DNA of 64,000 bases from a candidate division WOR-3 bacterium (lineage in GTDB: Bacteria > Hydrothermota > Tepidihabitantia > Tepidihabitantales > CAIPLT01). The notes under the pieces are model-generated. The model worked only from the letters and a program-made list of their open reading frames with translations, was not told the DNA's origin and did not search any database. This document shows positions 52,307 through 63,392 of the stretch, piece by piece. The position numbers and the translations under genes were made by a program. The DNA lies in NCBI GenBank assembly GCA_026418155.1, contig JAOABV010000001.1, positions 457 to 64,456 on the forward strand, given 5' to 3'. Positions within the stretch are counted from its first letter, which is position 1; the number at the start of each line of letters is the position of its first letter.

Positions 52307-53665
52307 GTTTATTAACATTAGAACCTTTTGAATTTTTTGGGCAATATCCGGGTTTGATTTTTTAAGTTCTGTTATTTTTTCAATAGCGTGAATGACTGTA
52401 GAATGGTCCTTACCACCAAAAATTGACCCGATTTCTTTAAGCGACATTCCTAATAAGGTGCGTAAAAGATACATTGCAACCTGCCTGCCTAAAGCCAAAT
52501 TCGCAGTCCGCTCTTTAGATTGCAACTGTTCAACAGTAACCCCAAATTGTTTCGCAACTACATCAATGATTTTCAATGGCTTAGGTTTTTCATAGGTGAT
52601 ATGTAGGTCTGAAAGAACCTGTTTACAGACATCTAAGGTTAGCGGAGTATTGGTTAAGGATGCGTAGCCGGCTAAGCGAATCAAACAGCCTTCTAATTCC
52701 CGGATATTGGTTTTTATGTTTTCTGCGATAAAGTAGATGATTTCCGGGTCAATGTTTATCGATTCAGTTTTGGCTTTATTATTTAGAATGGCAATCCTTG
52801 TTTCTAAATCTGGTGGTTTTAAGTCGCAGACTAAACCTGACAATAACCGTGAAACTAAACGCTCTTCTAAGGTAGGAATTTCTCGAGGCGGTCGGTCTGA
52901 GGTGAAAACAATCTGTTTACCCATTCCCTGAAGGTAATTAAAGAGATGAAAGACTTCTTCTTGTAACCGTTCTTTGCCTTTAAGATAGTGAATATCATCA
53001 ATTAATAATAAATCTAAGTTGCGGTATTTATTATTAAAGGCGAATTGGTTTCTTTCTTGGATTGATTGGATAAGGTCTAAAAAGAAGAGTTCTGCGGGCG
53101 TGTAGCAAATCTTTGCTTGGGGATTGTTATTTTTGACATAATTGCCAATAGCGTGCAAAAGGTGAGTTTTACCTAATCCCACTCCGCCATAGATAAATAG
53201 TGGATTATAAGTTTTGGCAGGTGCTGTTGCTACTGCTTTACAAGCAGCATAAGCAAATCGGTTCGATTCTCCGATAATAAAATTATCAAAGGTATATCGC
53301 TCAATAAGTCGTGATTGATTGGTAAGTCGATTTGAGGTCTGATTATGAGTAGAGATATGTTTGGCTGCTGTAGTATTATTGGAATAAGTATTTTCTGTGT
53401 TGGTCGATTCAGGCGAAGACTCTTCAGGTATTACTGTGAAATTTATCTTTAGATTTAATTGAGTAAGAACCTGAGATAAAGCATTTGAATAATATTCAGA
53501 AATCCATTCAATAAAGAATTGATTTGGAGCTCCAACTTCTAAAGAACCGTCATCAAGATTAAGTGGTCTTAAAGGACGAAACCAAGCAGTAATCGCATCT
53601 TGATTAATTAATTCACTCAGACCGGAAATAATTTTTGACCAGACTTGCTCTTTCAATTCGCTCAT
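52298..53665 (-). CDS. dnaA: chromosomal replication initiator DnaA
   Basis: AAA+ ...GGVGLGKTHLLHAIGN..., ...LLIDDIH..., C-terminal HTH ...SKERTANLALGRQVAMYL... Confidence 0.95.
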   Translation of the reverse strand: MSELKEQVWSKIISGLSELINQDAITAWFRPLRPLNLDDGSLEVGAPNQFFIEWISEYYSNALSQVLTQLNLKINFTVIPEESSPESTNTENTYSNNTTAAKHISTHNQTSNRLTNQSRLIERYTFDNFIIGESNRFAYAACKAVATAPAKTYNPLFIYGGVGLGKTHLLHAIGNYVKNNNPQAKICYTPAELFFLDLIQSIQERNQFAFNNKYRNLDLLLIDDIHYLKGKERLQEEVFHLFNYLQGMGKQIVFTSDRPPREIPTLEERLVSRLLSGLVCDLKPPDLETRIAILNNKAKTESINIDPEIIYFIAENIKTNIRELEGCLIRLAGYASLTNTPLTLDVCKQVLSDLHITYEKPKPLKIIDVVAKQFGVTVEQLQSKERTANLALGRQVAMYLLRTLLGMSLKEIGSIFGGKDHSTVIHAIEKITELKKSNPDIAQKIQKVLMLINGG

Positions 53666-54100
53666 CGACTACTTATCCACTTCATAAAAAGTTTTCCACA
53701 AAGTTTTCCACAAAACTTAATTTTATAAATGTTTGTAAAATAAAAACTTACCATAAACAAGCTAATTTTTCCACAAATCTATAATAATAATTTTTAATAA
53801 ATTAACTAATTCTCGTCAACAACTTTCTGTATCGCGCAAATGCTCGCATCAATTTTATTAAAGTTTAGAGTTAAGTCAAGATATTTTTTAATTTTGGGAG
53901 TAAAAAATTTTTTCTGTTGCCAAAACCTATTTTGGGAATTGAAAGAATAAATTCGGTTGTTTAATTTTGTCTCTATTTTTTCAATTAATTTTGTGTCTAT
54001 TTTTTCAATTGGTTCTACTTGGGAAAAGAATATATATGACTTTTCTCTGCTCTCATTTTAAGATATTTAATTAAACCTTGTCTGATTAATCGAGAATTTT
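53666..54100. other. oriC part 2: DnaA boxes plus AT-rich unwinding region upstream of dnaA
   Basis: TTATCCACT 53672-80, TTTTCCACA at 53692, 53704, 53767; >85% AT stretch 53740-53830. Confidence 0.65.
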
Positions 54101-54110
54101 GGGTGCGGAC

Positions 54111-56639
54111 CTAAATCTTTTTACCAGCGACTACAGCTTGACCTAATGCAATTCCACCGTCATTGATTGGAACGGTTCGATTAAAATAGACATCAAATCC
54201 GGAGTTTTCAAGCAAGGAGACAATGCCGTTAAGAATTATTCGATTCTGAAAGACTCCGCCCGCAAGACAGACCTGAGATATTTTTGTTTGTTGAGATATT
54301 TTTTTTACGACTTCAACTGAAGTTTGAATCACCCATTGATGAAATAGATAGGACAACCTATTAGTTTCAACCCCTGAATCTCTTTGTTTAATGAGAAATT
54401 CAAAAATTGGTTTTGGTTCAATTATAAAAGTATCATATTGATAAACATCGTGGCTTGGTAAAGAACCTTTATTAGATTGTCTTATTAAATTTTCTTTAGG
54501 GTTATTTAAACTCAGCGCTGGTTGATAAATTTGTTTTGAGCGCGAGTCAATACGGTTATTAACTAATGAAATCGAATTTTGAATTATCTCATATCTTATT
54601 CTTTCTTTTGTTTTAGTGCTGGATGCAAAATTTATTGCTTCGGCCTCTAAACTTATCGGCGCCTCGGCTTCGTAAGTTTGTAAGGAGCAAGTGCCCAACA
54701 GATAAGCGACTGCATCAAATAGCCGTGCAAAACTTGATGTGAATATTTGATTATGAGTAAAAACCTTAGGTCTTTTTTTTAATAACTCTAATTCAATAAG
54801 ATATGCTTCACAGATCATTTTCGGATTGGTAATTGCGCTATCACCACCAATCAGGGGTAAATATCGTAAATGTGCTAAGCGCTGGTAGTTTTGATAACTG
54901 ACCAACATAAATTCACTGCCCCAAATATTACCATCAGGACCAAATCCAGTTCCATCAAAACTTAAGCCGATAACCGGAGGTTTTAGATTATGCTCAGCCA
55001 TAACGCTCACAAGATGGGCAAAATGATGCTGGATTTTTAATAAAGGAATTTTGTGTTTTTCAGCAAATGCTTCAGCCAATCGAAAAGAAACATAATTTGG
55101 ATGTAAATCACACGCGACAATCTCAGGCTTAATACTAAACCACTTCTGATACTTTGTTAGCATCTCCCAAAAGAAATCGATGCTCTCATTAGAACCAAAA
55201 TCGCCAATATAAGGACTTAAGTAGACTTTTTTATCTTCACCTAAAGCAAAACAATTCTTTAAGTCAGAACCGAATGCCAAAACTGGTTTTAGATTAACAT
55301 TTTTTAGTTCAATCGGTGAAGGCACATAACCCCTTGAGCGCCTTATTAAAATTTGCCCCTGATAATTAAATACTACAGAATCATCGCACCGGGATTCAAT
55401 TTTACGATTATGGTCAAGAATATAATCAACACATTTAGAAAGACGATTTTTTATATCTATAGCATTTGTGATAATCGGTGCATCTTTAGGGTTAGCACTG
55501 GTCATTACTAGTACTTTTAATTGACCAGAAGTTTTTTTTATAGTTTTATGCTTGTTATTGCCGAATGTTTCATGTGAAACATTTTTAGTCTCAAATAATA
55601 GTTTATGTAGTGGTGTATATGGTAACATTATGCCTAAATAAGCATTATTGGGCGCAACAGATTCTGCTATTTTTAATTTAGGATTTAGGCGCTTTTTTAG
55701 AAGCACGATTGGTGCAATATTAGATTTCAGCAAATTTTCTTCTTCTTTGTTAATAGTGCATAATTGCTTTATAGTCTTAATGTCTTTGCACATTAAGGCA
55801 AAAGGTTTTCGGGGTCGATTTTTTCTTTTTCTTAGTCTTCGGACTGCGGATTCATTTTGAGCATCAACTGCTAAAAGAAAACCGCCAATAGATTTTATAC
55901 ATAGTATTTTTCCTTGGTTTAATAATGAGACTGCCTTTTTAATAATTTCTTGGGAGTTTGCTTTTTTAATACCGAGAAGTTTGATTTTTTCTTGGCTTAG
56001 TAATGAGATTTCGTTTTTAATAATCTTTTGGCTGTTTTCTTTTTTAATCGTAAGTGGTTGGGAAATCGGGCTTAGGGTAAGATGGGGTCCACAGATATGG
56101 CAGGCATTAGGTTGGGCGTGGAATCTTCGGTCCTGAGGATTTTTATACTCTTTTTCGCAATCCGGACACATCTTAAACATAGCCATTGTCGTTCGAGGTC
56201 GGTCATAAGGGGTATCTAAGATTATGGAATACCTTGGTCCGCATTGCGTGCAGTTAGTAAAAGGATAATAAAACCGACGGTTTTTAGGCATTAGGATTTC
56301 AGCAATACATTCCTGGCAGATTGCTAAATCAGGCATTATGGAGACAGCACAGATATTGTTTTTAGTTTTAGGTTGACTGGCAACAATAGTAAAATCTGTA
56401 TAGATTTTTGTATTGATTGATTTTACAATAATGCTGTCAATTTTGGCTAATTTAGGCGGCGAGGTTTTTAGGATACTTAAAAATTTTCGGCTATTTTTTC
56501 CTTGGCAGAAAATTAAGACACCTTGTTTTGTGTTTTTGACTATACCACTAAGATTTAATTTTTTAGCAACATTATAAACATAGGGTCTAAAACCAATACC
56601 TTGAACCTGTCCTTTAACTAAAATTGAGAGAGTTTTCAT
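54111..56639 (-). CDS. hypF: [NiFe]-hydrogenase maturation carbamoyltransferase HypF
   Basis: Acylphosphatase N-terminus (VKGQVQGIGFRPYVYN), two C-x2-C-x18-C-x2-C zinc fingers, YrdC-like and Kae1/YgjD-like C-terminal domains. Confidence 0.85.
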   Translation of the reverse strand: MKTLSILVKGQVQGIGFRPYVYNVAKKLNLSGIVKNTKQGVLIFCQGKNSRKFLSILKTSPPKLAKIDSIIVKSINTKIYTDFTIVASQPKTKNNICAVSIMPDLAICQECIAEILMPKNRRFYYPFTNCTQCGPRYSIILDTPYDRPRTTMAMFKMCPDCEKEYKNPQDRRFHAQPNACHICGPHLTLSPISQPLTIKKENSQKIIKNEISLLSQEKIKLLGIKKANSQEIIKKAVSLLNQGKILCIKSIGGFLLAVDAQNESAVRRLRKRKNRPRKPFALMCKDIKTIKQLCTINKEEENLLKSNIAPIVLLKKRLNPKLKIAESVAPNNAYLGIMLPYTPLHKLLFETKNVSHETFGNNKHKTIKKTSGQLKVLVMTSANPKDAPIITNAIDIKNRLSKCVDYILDHNRKIESRCDDSVVFNYQGQILIRRSRGYVPSPIELKNVNLKPVLAFGSDLKNCFALGEDKKVYLSPYIGDFGSNESIDFFWEMLTKYQKWFSIKPEIVACDLHPNYVSFRLAEAFAEKHKIPLLKIQHHFAHLVSVMAEHNLKPPVIGLSFDGTGFGPDGNIWGSEFMLVSYQNYQRLAHLRYLPLIGGDSAITNPKMICEAYLIELELLKKRPKVFTHNQIFTSSFARLFDAVAYLLGTCSLQTYEAEAPISLEAEAINFASSTKTKERIRYEIIQNSISLVNNRIDSRSKQIYQPALSLNNPKENLIRQSNKGSLPSHDVYQYDTFIIEPKPIFEFLIKQRDSGVETNRLSYLFHQWVIQTSVEVVKKISQQTKISQVCLAGGVFQNRIILNGIVSLLENSGFDVYFNRTVPINDGGIALGQAVVAGKKI

Positions 56640-56689
56640 TTGAGAATAGAGTAGTTGTTCGCTAAAAGAATGCTTTTAATTCTTGGATT

Positions 56690-56830
56690 AGGTGTGATTT
56701 GATTCTTGTGTTTTGATTTGAAGTCTTCAAAGTTTGGGAGAACGGTCACAAAACCGTTCTTCTCCAAAAGGTGAGCAATTTTATTCTTATGTTTTGATTT
56801 GAAGTCCTCAAAGAGTAAGTCCTTGGTGGC
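56690..56830. repeat. 2 x ~62-bp tandem repeat with central GGAGAACGG/CCGTTCTTCTCC hairpin; the overlapping 90-aa ORF (56636..56908) is probably a repeat artefact
   Basis: ttcttgtgttttgatttgaagtcttcaaag / ttcttatgttttgatttgaagtcctcaaag. Confidence 0.6.
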
Positions 56831-56864
56831 AATAATGCGAAACCGGGTTAGGTATATTTTATTC

Positions 56865-58121
56865 TTAGGTTTTAAGTGGTTTTTTTTGGGCTGCAGGAAA
56901 CAAGACATTGTTTAATATTAGTCGATAGCCAGGAGAGTTTTTATGCAATTCTAAATTAGTCTGAGGGTCGCCAATGCGATGTGCGAAATCTTCAGGGTCA
57001 TGACCACCTAAAAAAGTAAATGTGCCTTTACCAAATTTTCCGTGGATGTATTTAACTTCTTCGGTATTAGGAACTTCACCTAATATCAAGACATTTTTCT
57101 TTATTTTATCTCGCCGGAATCCGCAGTTTTGTCCCAGAAATTCTTTGACCAAAGCAACATGGTTTTGAACCAGCATTGTTGGAACTGGGTCATACTTAGC
57201 CGAAAAATCGAAGAGCGAGAAGTAGACATTTGGTCCCCGAGCCGAAGATTCAATATAGGTATCAATATCAGAATGTTCATAGACATAAGGGTCAATGACG
57301 ACAGTGAAATTTTCAAATGCCAAACAGTTAGCATAATTGAGTTTAGACATATAATTAGGGTCAACCGGGTCGCCATCAAACTCCTTAGGAACGATGTCTG
57401 TATTTTCTGCGGCCAAAGCGATATCAGGAGTATCAGTCGAAGAACACATTGCAAAGACCATCCCACCATCTTCTATATACTTTTTAATCTCTTTTACTAC
57501 TGCCAATTTTAATTTAGATACTTTTTTGAATCCCAATGACTTAGCCATAGCAGTATTCAATATAACATCTTCTTGATACCAGTCGGCATGTCCGTGTCCT
57601 GCGAGAAATTTGCCATATTGTCCAGTAAAGTCTTCGTGGTGTAGGTGAAGCCAGTCGTATTCTTTTAATTTGCCTTGGAGCACTTCTTTATCCCAGATGC
57701 GGTCATAAGGTATCTTGGCGTATTCTAAGGCTAGTCTTACTGCGTCGTCCCAGGGCTCGTGATTTGGTGGCACATAGACCGCAATTTTGGGTGCTTTTTC
57801 TAAAAGCATTGCGTCCATATTCTCTTTTTCAATTGTCTGTCTAATGGTTATTTCTTGGCTGGGAGAGATTACTTCATAACGAACACCCCGAAGATTGCAA
57901 AGTTTTCTAATTGCTGGATTGTCAGCCATCAGAAACGAACCGCCTCGATAATTCAATAACCACTCAACATTTTCACCTGCTAAAAGACAATTATACGCAA
58001 TTCCATAAGCCATTAAATGGTCGGTTTGAGTCAAGTCCATAGGAATCAATATCTTAGCATGGGTAAAAGTAAAAGAAAGAAAGGTTGAGAAAAGAAGGAT
58101 TAATTTAGTGGTTCTGTGCAT
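56865..58121 (-). CDS. hypothetical secreted protein (signal peptide; His-rich HLHHEDF...GHGHADWY segment)
   Basis: ORF + signal peptide MHRTTKLILLFSTFLSFTFTHA. Confidence 0.55.
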   Translation of the reverse strand: MHRTTKLILLFSTFLSFTFTHAKILIPMDLTQTDHLMAYGIAYNCLLAGENVEWLLNYRGGSFLMADNPAIRKLCNLRGVRYEVISPSQEITIRQTIEKENMDAMLLEKAPKIAVYVPPNHEPWDDAVRLALEYAKIPYDRIWDKEVLQGKLKEYDWLHLHHEDFTGQYGKFLAGHGHADWYQEDVILNTAMAKSLGFKKVSKLKLAVVKEIKKYIEDGGMVFAMCSSTDTPDIALAAENTDIVPKEFDGDPVDPNYMSKLNYANCLAFENFTVVIDPYVYEHSDIDTYIESSARGPNVYFSLFDFSAKYDPVPTMLVQNHVALVKEFLGQNCGFRRDKIKKNVLILGEVPNTEEVKYIHGKFGKGTFTFLGGHDPEDFAHRIGDPQTNLELHKNSPGYRLILNNVLFPAAQKKPLKT

Positions 58122-58325
58122 ATTTTAGCTTGTGTCTCATTATTATAGTAATTATAGTAATTGTTTTGTTGGTTCTGTTTGTATTTTAGCCTTGTGTTTA
58201 TTCTCATTGTATTGTTTTGTTGGTTCTGTTTATATTTTAGTCTTGTGTCACATTATTGTAGTAATTGTTTTTATTGGTTCTGTTTGTATTTTAGCCTTGT
58301 GTTTCATTATCTGTAGTAACATTTA
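58108..58325. repeat. 3.5 x ~60-bp tandem repeat that includes the start-codon region of the 56865..58121 gene (copies have lost the ATG)
   Basis: ggttctgt(gca/ttg)tattttagc.ttgtgt.t.att... x4; ORF 58132..58329 is a repeat artefact. Confidence 0.8.
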
Positions 58326-58404
58326 TTAATTCTATTCGTATCTTATCTCAATTTTATTCGTATCTTATTACAGCATTAATCGTCCTACCGATTAATTATT
58401 AGTG

Positions 58405-59394
58405 CTATTCGTATACAATCCGTGTGCCGATAGTGTTGTTGGTTAATGCAGTGGCAATATTGCTCGGGTTGGTAATAATACCAAATCGAGAACGGTCCTT
58501 TTCAATAAACTTAATTAATGCTTGGATTTTCGGCTTCATACTGCCTTCAGCAAAATGTCCTTGATTTAAATATTCAATTGCTTGCTTTAAGTTTATGGTA
58601 TTTAATGGGATTTGATTGTTGGTATTGAAGTTGAGATAGACTTTATCAATGCTTGTTGATATGATGAGGCAGTTAGCGTCGATTAAATCGGCTAAGAGTG
58701 CTGAAGTTAGGTCTTTATCAATTACTGCGGGTATTGGTTTAAGGTGATTGTTTTCTTGAATTACCGGAATACCGCCGCCACCAGCAGCGATTACGATATG
58801 GTTGTCTTCGATTAAAGATTTTATAATGTTGATTTCAACAATTGATTTTGGTTTGGGAGATGCGACCATTCGGCGAAAACCTCTGCCAGCGTCTTCTTTC
58901 ATAATCCAGTTTCGTTCTGCTTGTAATGCAAAGGCTTCTTTTTGGGAATAAAACGGACCAACGGGTTTTGTGTAATTAGAGAAACCGGGGTCATCTTTAT
59001 CTACTAAGACTTGAGTAATAACAGTGACAATATTAAAAGGACATTTGCATTTAGTTGATTCGTTTTTCAGATTGGGTTGAATCATATCCTTGTGTTTAGC
59101 CAATTCGTTTTTCAGGCTGAGTTGAATCATATAACCAATTTCTGCCTGAGTTAGCGCCGTAGCAATTTCTAAAGGAATTTCTGGTAAGTGGTTGCGGGTT
59201 AAATAAGAACGAATTAATGCAGTTCCTACTTGGGGTCCATTGCCATGGGTTATGACTACCTGATTGTGATGACAGACAATTTCAGCAATATTGGCACAGG
59301 TTTCCTGCACAGTTTCAAACTGGTCAAAGAAAGACGGTGGTTTATTACCATTGCGGAGCAAAGAATTACCGCCGATAGCAATTACAATGCGCAT
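58405..59394 (-). CDS. arcC: carbamate kinase family protein
   Basis: MRIVIAIGGNSLL... amino-acid-kinase fold, ~310-330 aa; ...VITHGNGPQVG..., ...IAAGGGGIPV... Confidence 0.75.
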   Translation of the reverse strand: MRIVIAIGGNSLLRNGNKPPSFFDQFETVQETCANIAEIVCHHNQVVITHGNGPQVGTALIRSYLTRNHLPEIPLEIATALTQAEIGYMIQLSLKNELAKHKDMIQPNLKNESTKCKCPFNIVTVITQVLVDKDDPGFSNYTKPVGPFYSQKEAFALQAERNWIMKEDAGRGFRRMVASPKPKSIVEINIIKSLIEDNHIVIAAGGGGIPVIQENNHLKPIPAVIDKDLTSALLADLIDANCLIISTSIDKVYLNFNTNNQIPLNTINLKQAIEYLNQGHFAEGSMKPKIQALIKFIEKDRSRFGIITNPSNIATALTNNTIGTRIVYE

Positions 59395-59697
59395 ATGCGT
59401 TTAGCCCTTCTTTAAAAGTGATATTCACAGGTGTTTGTCGCTTTCATATAAAATTTTAAGCAATATATTGATTAATGTCAAGACAGTAAGATACCAGCAA
59501 AGATGCTGGCAGTATCGAGTCTTCTGAAAAAGTAATTTTCTGCTAATGACCAAAGAGTAATATGAGAGTATTGCAAAAGTTTTCAATAAGACAGCAACAC
59601 CTTTTTTCGCCATTTTATACTTGTAGTATGAGAGTATTGCAAGCATCCTTTCTTCCAATAAGAGCATTTTTCACTATTTCGTTCTTTTCGGATTTTT

Positions 59698-59890
59698 TCC
59701 GAACTTTAATGTAATTGATAACTTTTTCTTCAACCTATGATGTTCTTATGCCGAACTTTTCCCTATAATGTAATTGATACCTTTTTTCTTCAACCTATAA
59801 TGTTCTTATGCATAACTTTTCCCTATAATGTAATTGACAACTCTTTTCTTCAACCTATAATGTTCTTATGCTGAAACTTAATAATCAGGA
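59698..59890 (+). repeat. 3 x ~60-bp tandem repeat, each unit with a TATAAT -10-like hexamer; the last unit contains the selA ATG
   Basis: (aatgtaattga.a.ct.tttcttcaacctat.atgttcttatgc..aactttt ccctat) x3; cttatgccgaac / cttatgcataac / cttATGctgaaac. Confidence 0.8.
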
Positions 59891-61274
59891 AGTGTTAAAA
59901 AACATTCCATCGGTTGATAAGATTCTTAACTGGCAGGATGTTAAGGTGTTTGAAAAGAAAATTAAGACTTCTTATTTAACTGAGATTGTTCGGTATAAGA
60001 CTGATGAGTTTAGACAAAAACTACTTGGAGGTGAAAGACTTAGTCCTGACGATTTGAAACAGATGGTCGTCGCAGAACTAAAATTCCTGACCGAACGATA
60101 TTTTACTTATGCGATTAATGCCTTAGGAGTTATTCTCCATACTGGATTGGGCCGGGCTCCTTTTGCTCAAGGCATTGACAAGATTCTGCAAGATGTTAGT
60201 CAGGCTTATGCTCGGTTACAGATTGATGACGAAGGTAAACGCGATGACCGGTATAAAAAGATTAGTAAACTGCTTAGAGTCTTAACAGGTTGTGAAGCAG
60301 GAATTATCGTTAATAATAATGCCGGGGCGACGCTTTTGGTCCTATCCGCAATCGCCAAAGGAAAAGAGGTTGTGGTCTCCCGCGGTCAATTAATTGAAAT
60401 TGGTGGTTCTTTTCGCCTGCCTGAAATTATGGCACAATCTGGTTGTATTCTCCGGGAAGTCGGCACAACTAACCGCACACATCTTAAAGATTATGAACAA
60501 GTTATCAATGAGAACACCGGCGCAATTTTAAGAGTTCATCAATCTAATTATCGGATTATCGGTTTTACCTCTGAGGTCCCTTTAGCCGAATTGGTGTCTT
60601 TGGGAAAAAAGTATCAGGTTCCGGTAATTGATGATTTGGGTAGTGGTGCTTTAATTGATTTCTCTAAATACGGTTTACCCAAAGAGCCAATGGCACAAGA
60701 AAGTATTGCGCTTGGTGCCGATATTGTCTGTTTTAGCGGTGATAAATTGATTGGCGGACCACAATGCGGTATCATTATTGGCAAAAAAGCCTATCTGGAA
60801 AAGATTAAAAAGCATCCTTTAACTCGGGCACTAAGGTGTGATAAATTAACTAACGCGGTTTTAGAAGCAACCTTACAAAAGTTTTTACTACCAGAAGAAG
60901 ATTTGATTAATGAACATACTGTGTATCAACTTATGCTGAAACCATTAAATGAAATCAAAAGACAGGCGAATTGGTTCGCACGGAAATTAAAAAAGGAACA
61001 CAGTTCTCAATTGACCTGTGAAGTAAAACCATCACATAGTGAAATTGGTGGTGGTTCGTTAAGCACCGAACAACTACCAACTTTTGTAGTCATAATAAAA
61101 CCGAACAATCTCTCATCCCAAGATTTAGCCAAAAGACTTCGGCAATACCAACCACCAATCTTTGGTCGGATTCACGAAGATTCATTAATCCTTGATTTTA
61201 GAACCGTGCTGAAAGGCGAAGAAAAAATAATTTTACAAGCATTGCAAGAAAACTTAAAGAGTAATGATAAATAA
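59868..61274 (+). CDS. selA: L-seryl-tRNA(Sec) selenium transferase
   Basis: PLP lysine context ...CFSGDKLIGGPQCGIIIGKK... (cf. E. coli FSGDKLLGGPQAGIIVGKK); 468 aa. Confidence 0.9.
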   Translation: MLKLNNQEVLKNIPSVDKILNWQDVKVFEKKIKTSYLTEIVRYKTDEFRQKLLGGERLSPDDLKQMVVAELKFLTERYFTYAINALGVILHTGLGRAPFAQGIDKILQDVSQAYARLQIDDEGKRDDRYKKISKLLRVLTGCEAGIIVNNNAGATLLVLSAIAKGKEVVVSRGQLIEIGGSFRLPEIMAQSGCILREVGTTNRTHLKDYEQVINENTGAILRVHQSNYRIIGFTSEVPLAELVSLGKKYQVPVIDDLGSGALIDFSKYGLPKEPMAQESIALGADIVCFSGDKLIGGPQCGIIIGKKAYLEKIKKHPLTRALRCDKLTNAVLEATLQKFLLPEEDLINEHTVYQLMLKPLNEIKRQANWFARKLKKEHSSQLTCEVKPSHSEIGGGSLSTEQLPTFVVIIKPNNLSSQDLAKRLRQYQPPIFGRIHEDSLILDFRTVLKGEEKIILQALQENLKSNDK

Positions 61275-61372
61275 TACGATAAATACTTTACAAGCAATGC
61301 AAGAAATCTTAAAGAGCAAAAATAAATAATACGATAAGCATTGCAAATACGCAAAATGTAAATATTATCTAA
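61228..61372 (+). repeat. 2.5 decaying ~55-bp tandem copies of the selA 3' end including its stop codon
   Basis: ttttacaagcattgcaagaaaacttaaagagtaatgataaataatacgataaatac / tttacaagcaatgcaagaaatcttaaagagcaaaaataaataatacgataagc / attgcaaatacgcaaaatg. Confidence 0.8.
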
Positions 61373-61379
61373 ATTTTCC

Positions 61380-63392
61380 ATGTCTAATACTAAAAAACGG
61401 CATATAGTTATTGGCACTGCTGGTCATATTGACCATGGTAAAAGTGCTTTAATCAAAGCATTAACCGGAGTTGACCCTGACAGATTAAAAGAAGAAAAAG
61501 AACGGGGGATGACCACAGATTTAGGATTCGTTTTTTATGGTGATAATGCCACGCTCATCGATGTCCCGGGTCATGAAAAATTTGTCCGTCATATGGTTGC
61601 TGGTGCGTCAACGATAGATATCGTGCTATTGGTGATTGCTGCTGATGATGGCATTATGCCACAAACCCGAGAACACCTTGAGATATTGAAACTTTTAGGT
61701 ATTAAAAAGGGTGTTGTCGTCATCACCAAAAAAGATTTAGTCAGCACAGAACGCTTACAAATTGTTATTGAAGAAATTAAAAATTTAGTTAAAGACTCTT
61801 TTCTAAAAAAAGCGCCCGTAATTGCAGTTTCTAATGTCACAAAAGAAGGAATCAATGAATTAAAGAGCCTGCTGGATAGATTGATTGCAGAAACCGAAAG
61901 TAAAATTGACCAAGGTATTTTTCGCATGCCCATTGACCGTTGTTTTACCATCAAAGGTTTTGGTACAGTTGTTGCTGGCACAGTCTTGTCCGGGAAAATA
62001 AAAGTAGGCGATGAAGTTGAAGTTCTTCCCCAAAAGCGAAAAGTCAAAATTAGAAGAATTGAAGTCCATAATAAACCAGTAGATGAAGTCAGCACAGGTT
62101 TTCGGGCGGCAATCAATCTTATTGGTGTGGAAAAAGACGAGATTAACCGCGGGGATGTCTTAAGCCAAATCGGTTTTTTCCATCCTTCACTATTTCTCAA
62201 TGCGTCGCTCTATCTTCTGCCTAATGCCGAAAGACCATTAAAAAACTTTGAACGAGTAAGAATTCATTTAGGCACTAAAGAAGTTTTAGGTCGGGTAGTT
62301 ATTTTAGGTAAAAAAGAGATTTCAGCAAAACTACCCCTTTCCGAGAAAACAAATACTCAAGGCACGGATATGACAAAAAGGATACTTTTACCTAAAGAAA
62401 AGGCATTGGTTCAGTTTCGATTGGAAGAACCAGTAGTAACAAATATCAATGACCGATATGTCATCCGAACCTATTCGCCCCAAACGACCATCGGTGGCGG
62501 TATAATTCTTGACCCTAAAGCAACTAAAGTCAAAGGATATGACGAAGAACTGCTAACTCATTTAGCCCGCACCGAATCAGGTGAACCTATTGATTTAGTT
62601 GAAGAAGATTTATTATGCAATTTTCAAATAGCCAAAAAGCCGACAGAAATTGCTCAAGATATAAATCTACCGGTTAACGAAGTTATAGAATTATTAAAAC
62701 AACTCGTGCAACAGAAAAAAGTGCTCTGTTTAGATGAAAATAGAGCGTTGAATTACCATTCCCAAAACTTATTTTATCATTCCCAAAATGCCGAAAAATT
62801 GCAACAACAAATAATTGAGAAAATAAAAGAATACCATCAGCAAAACCCCACAAGCATTGGCATAACTCCATTAGCATTATTAAAGACAGTGAGTGTCGGA
62901 TTAGATAAAATACTTTTAGATTGGGCAATAGACCAATTACAGACCCAAGGAAAAATTCAGGTCTCTTCAGAACAGAAAATTCGTCTATCCGATTTCAAAA
63001 TGGTGGTGGAAAAAAATATTGCCGAATATGTCGAAAAAATTGAAAAACTACTCTTATCTTGTGGATATGAACCGCTCACATTTAGTGAAATAAAAAGCAA
63101 AATTAGCGGAAAAGAGACCGAAATAAAACAAAGTTATCAATATCTACTTGACCAAAAGATTTTAATAAACATTGGCGAAGGGCTAGTCTTACATCAAAAA
63201 TATATAAAACAAGCCGAAATAATATTGGTTGATTTCTTAAAGAAAAATGGTTCAATCCGAGTATCCCAATTTAGAGATTTACTCAAAGCCAGCCGAAGAA
63301 CCGCTTTGCCACTACTAATCTTTTTTGACAACAAAGGCATCACAATCCGAAAAGATGATATAAGAGTGCTGTCAAAAAAATTTAAAGATTAA
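61380..63392 (+). CDS. selB: selenocysteine-specific translation elongation factor SelB
   Basis: N-terminal GTPase ...[38 protein letters not shown]...; three to four C-terminal winged-helix domains; 670 aa. Confidence 0.9.
   Translation: MSNTKKRHIVIGTAGHIDHGKSALIKALTGVDPDRLKEEKERGMTTDLGFVFYGDNATLIDVPGHEKFVRHMVAGASTIDIVLLVIAADDGIMPQTREHLEILKLLGIKKGVVVITKKDLVSTERLQIVIEEIKNLVKDSFLKKAPVIAVSNVTKEGINELKSLLDRLIAETESKIDQGIFRMPIDRCFTIKGFGTVVAGTVLSGKIKVGDEVEVLPQKRKVKIRRIEVHNKPVDEVSTGFRAAINLIGVEKDEINRGDVLSQIGFFHPSLFLNASLYLLPNAERPLKNFERVRIHLGTKEVLGRVVILGKKEISAKLPLSEKTNTQGTDMTKRILLPKEKALVQFRLEEPVVTNINDRYVIRTYSPQTTIGGGIILDPKATKVKGYDEELLTHLARTESGEPIDLVEEDLLCNFQIAKKPTEIAQDINLPVNEVIELLKQLVQQKKVLCLDENRALNYHSQNLFYHSQNAEKLQQQIIEKIKEYHQQNPTSIGITPLALLKTVSVGLDKILLDWAIDQLQTQGKIQVSSEQKIRLSDFKMVVEKNIAEYVEKIEKLLLSCGYEPLTFSEIKSKISGKETEIKQSYQYLLDQKILINIGEGLVLHQKYIKQAEIILVDFLKKNGSIRVSQFRDLLKASRRTALPLLIFFDNKGITIRKDDIRVLSKKFKD

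Noticed and set aside
58132-58329. 65-aa Cys/Leu-rich ORF
   Set aside because: Its periodic sequence is produced by translating the ~60-bp tandem repeat; no independent coding signal.
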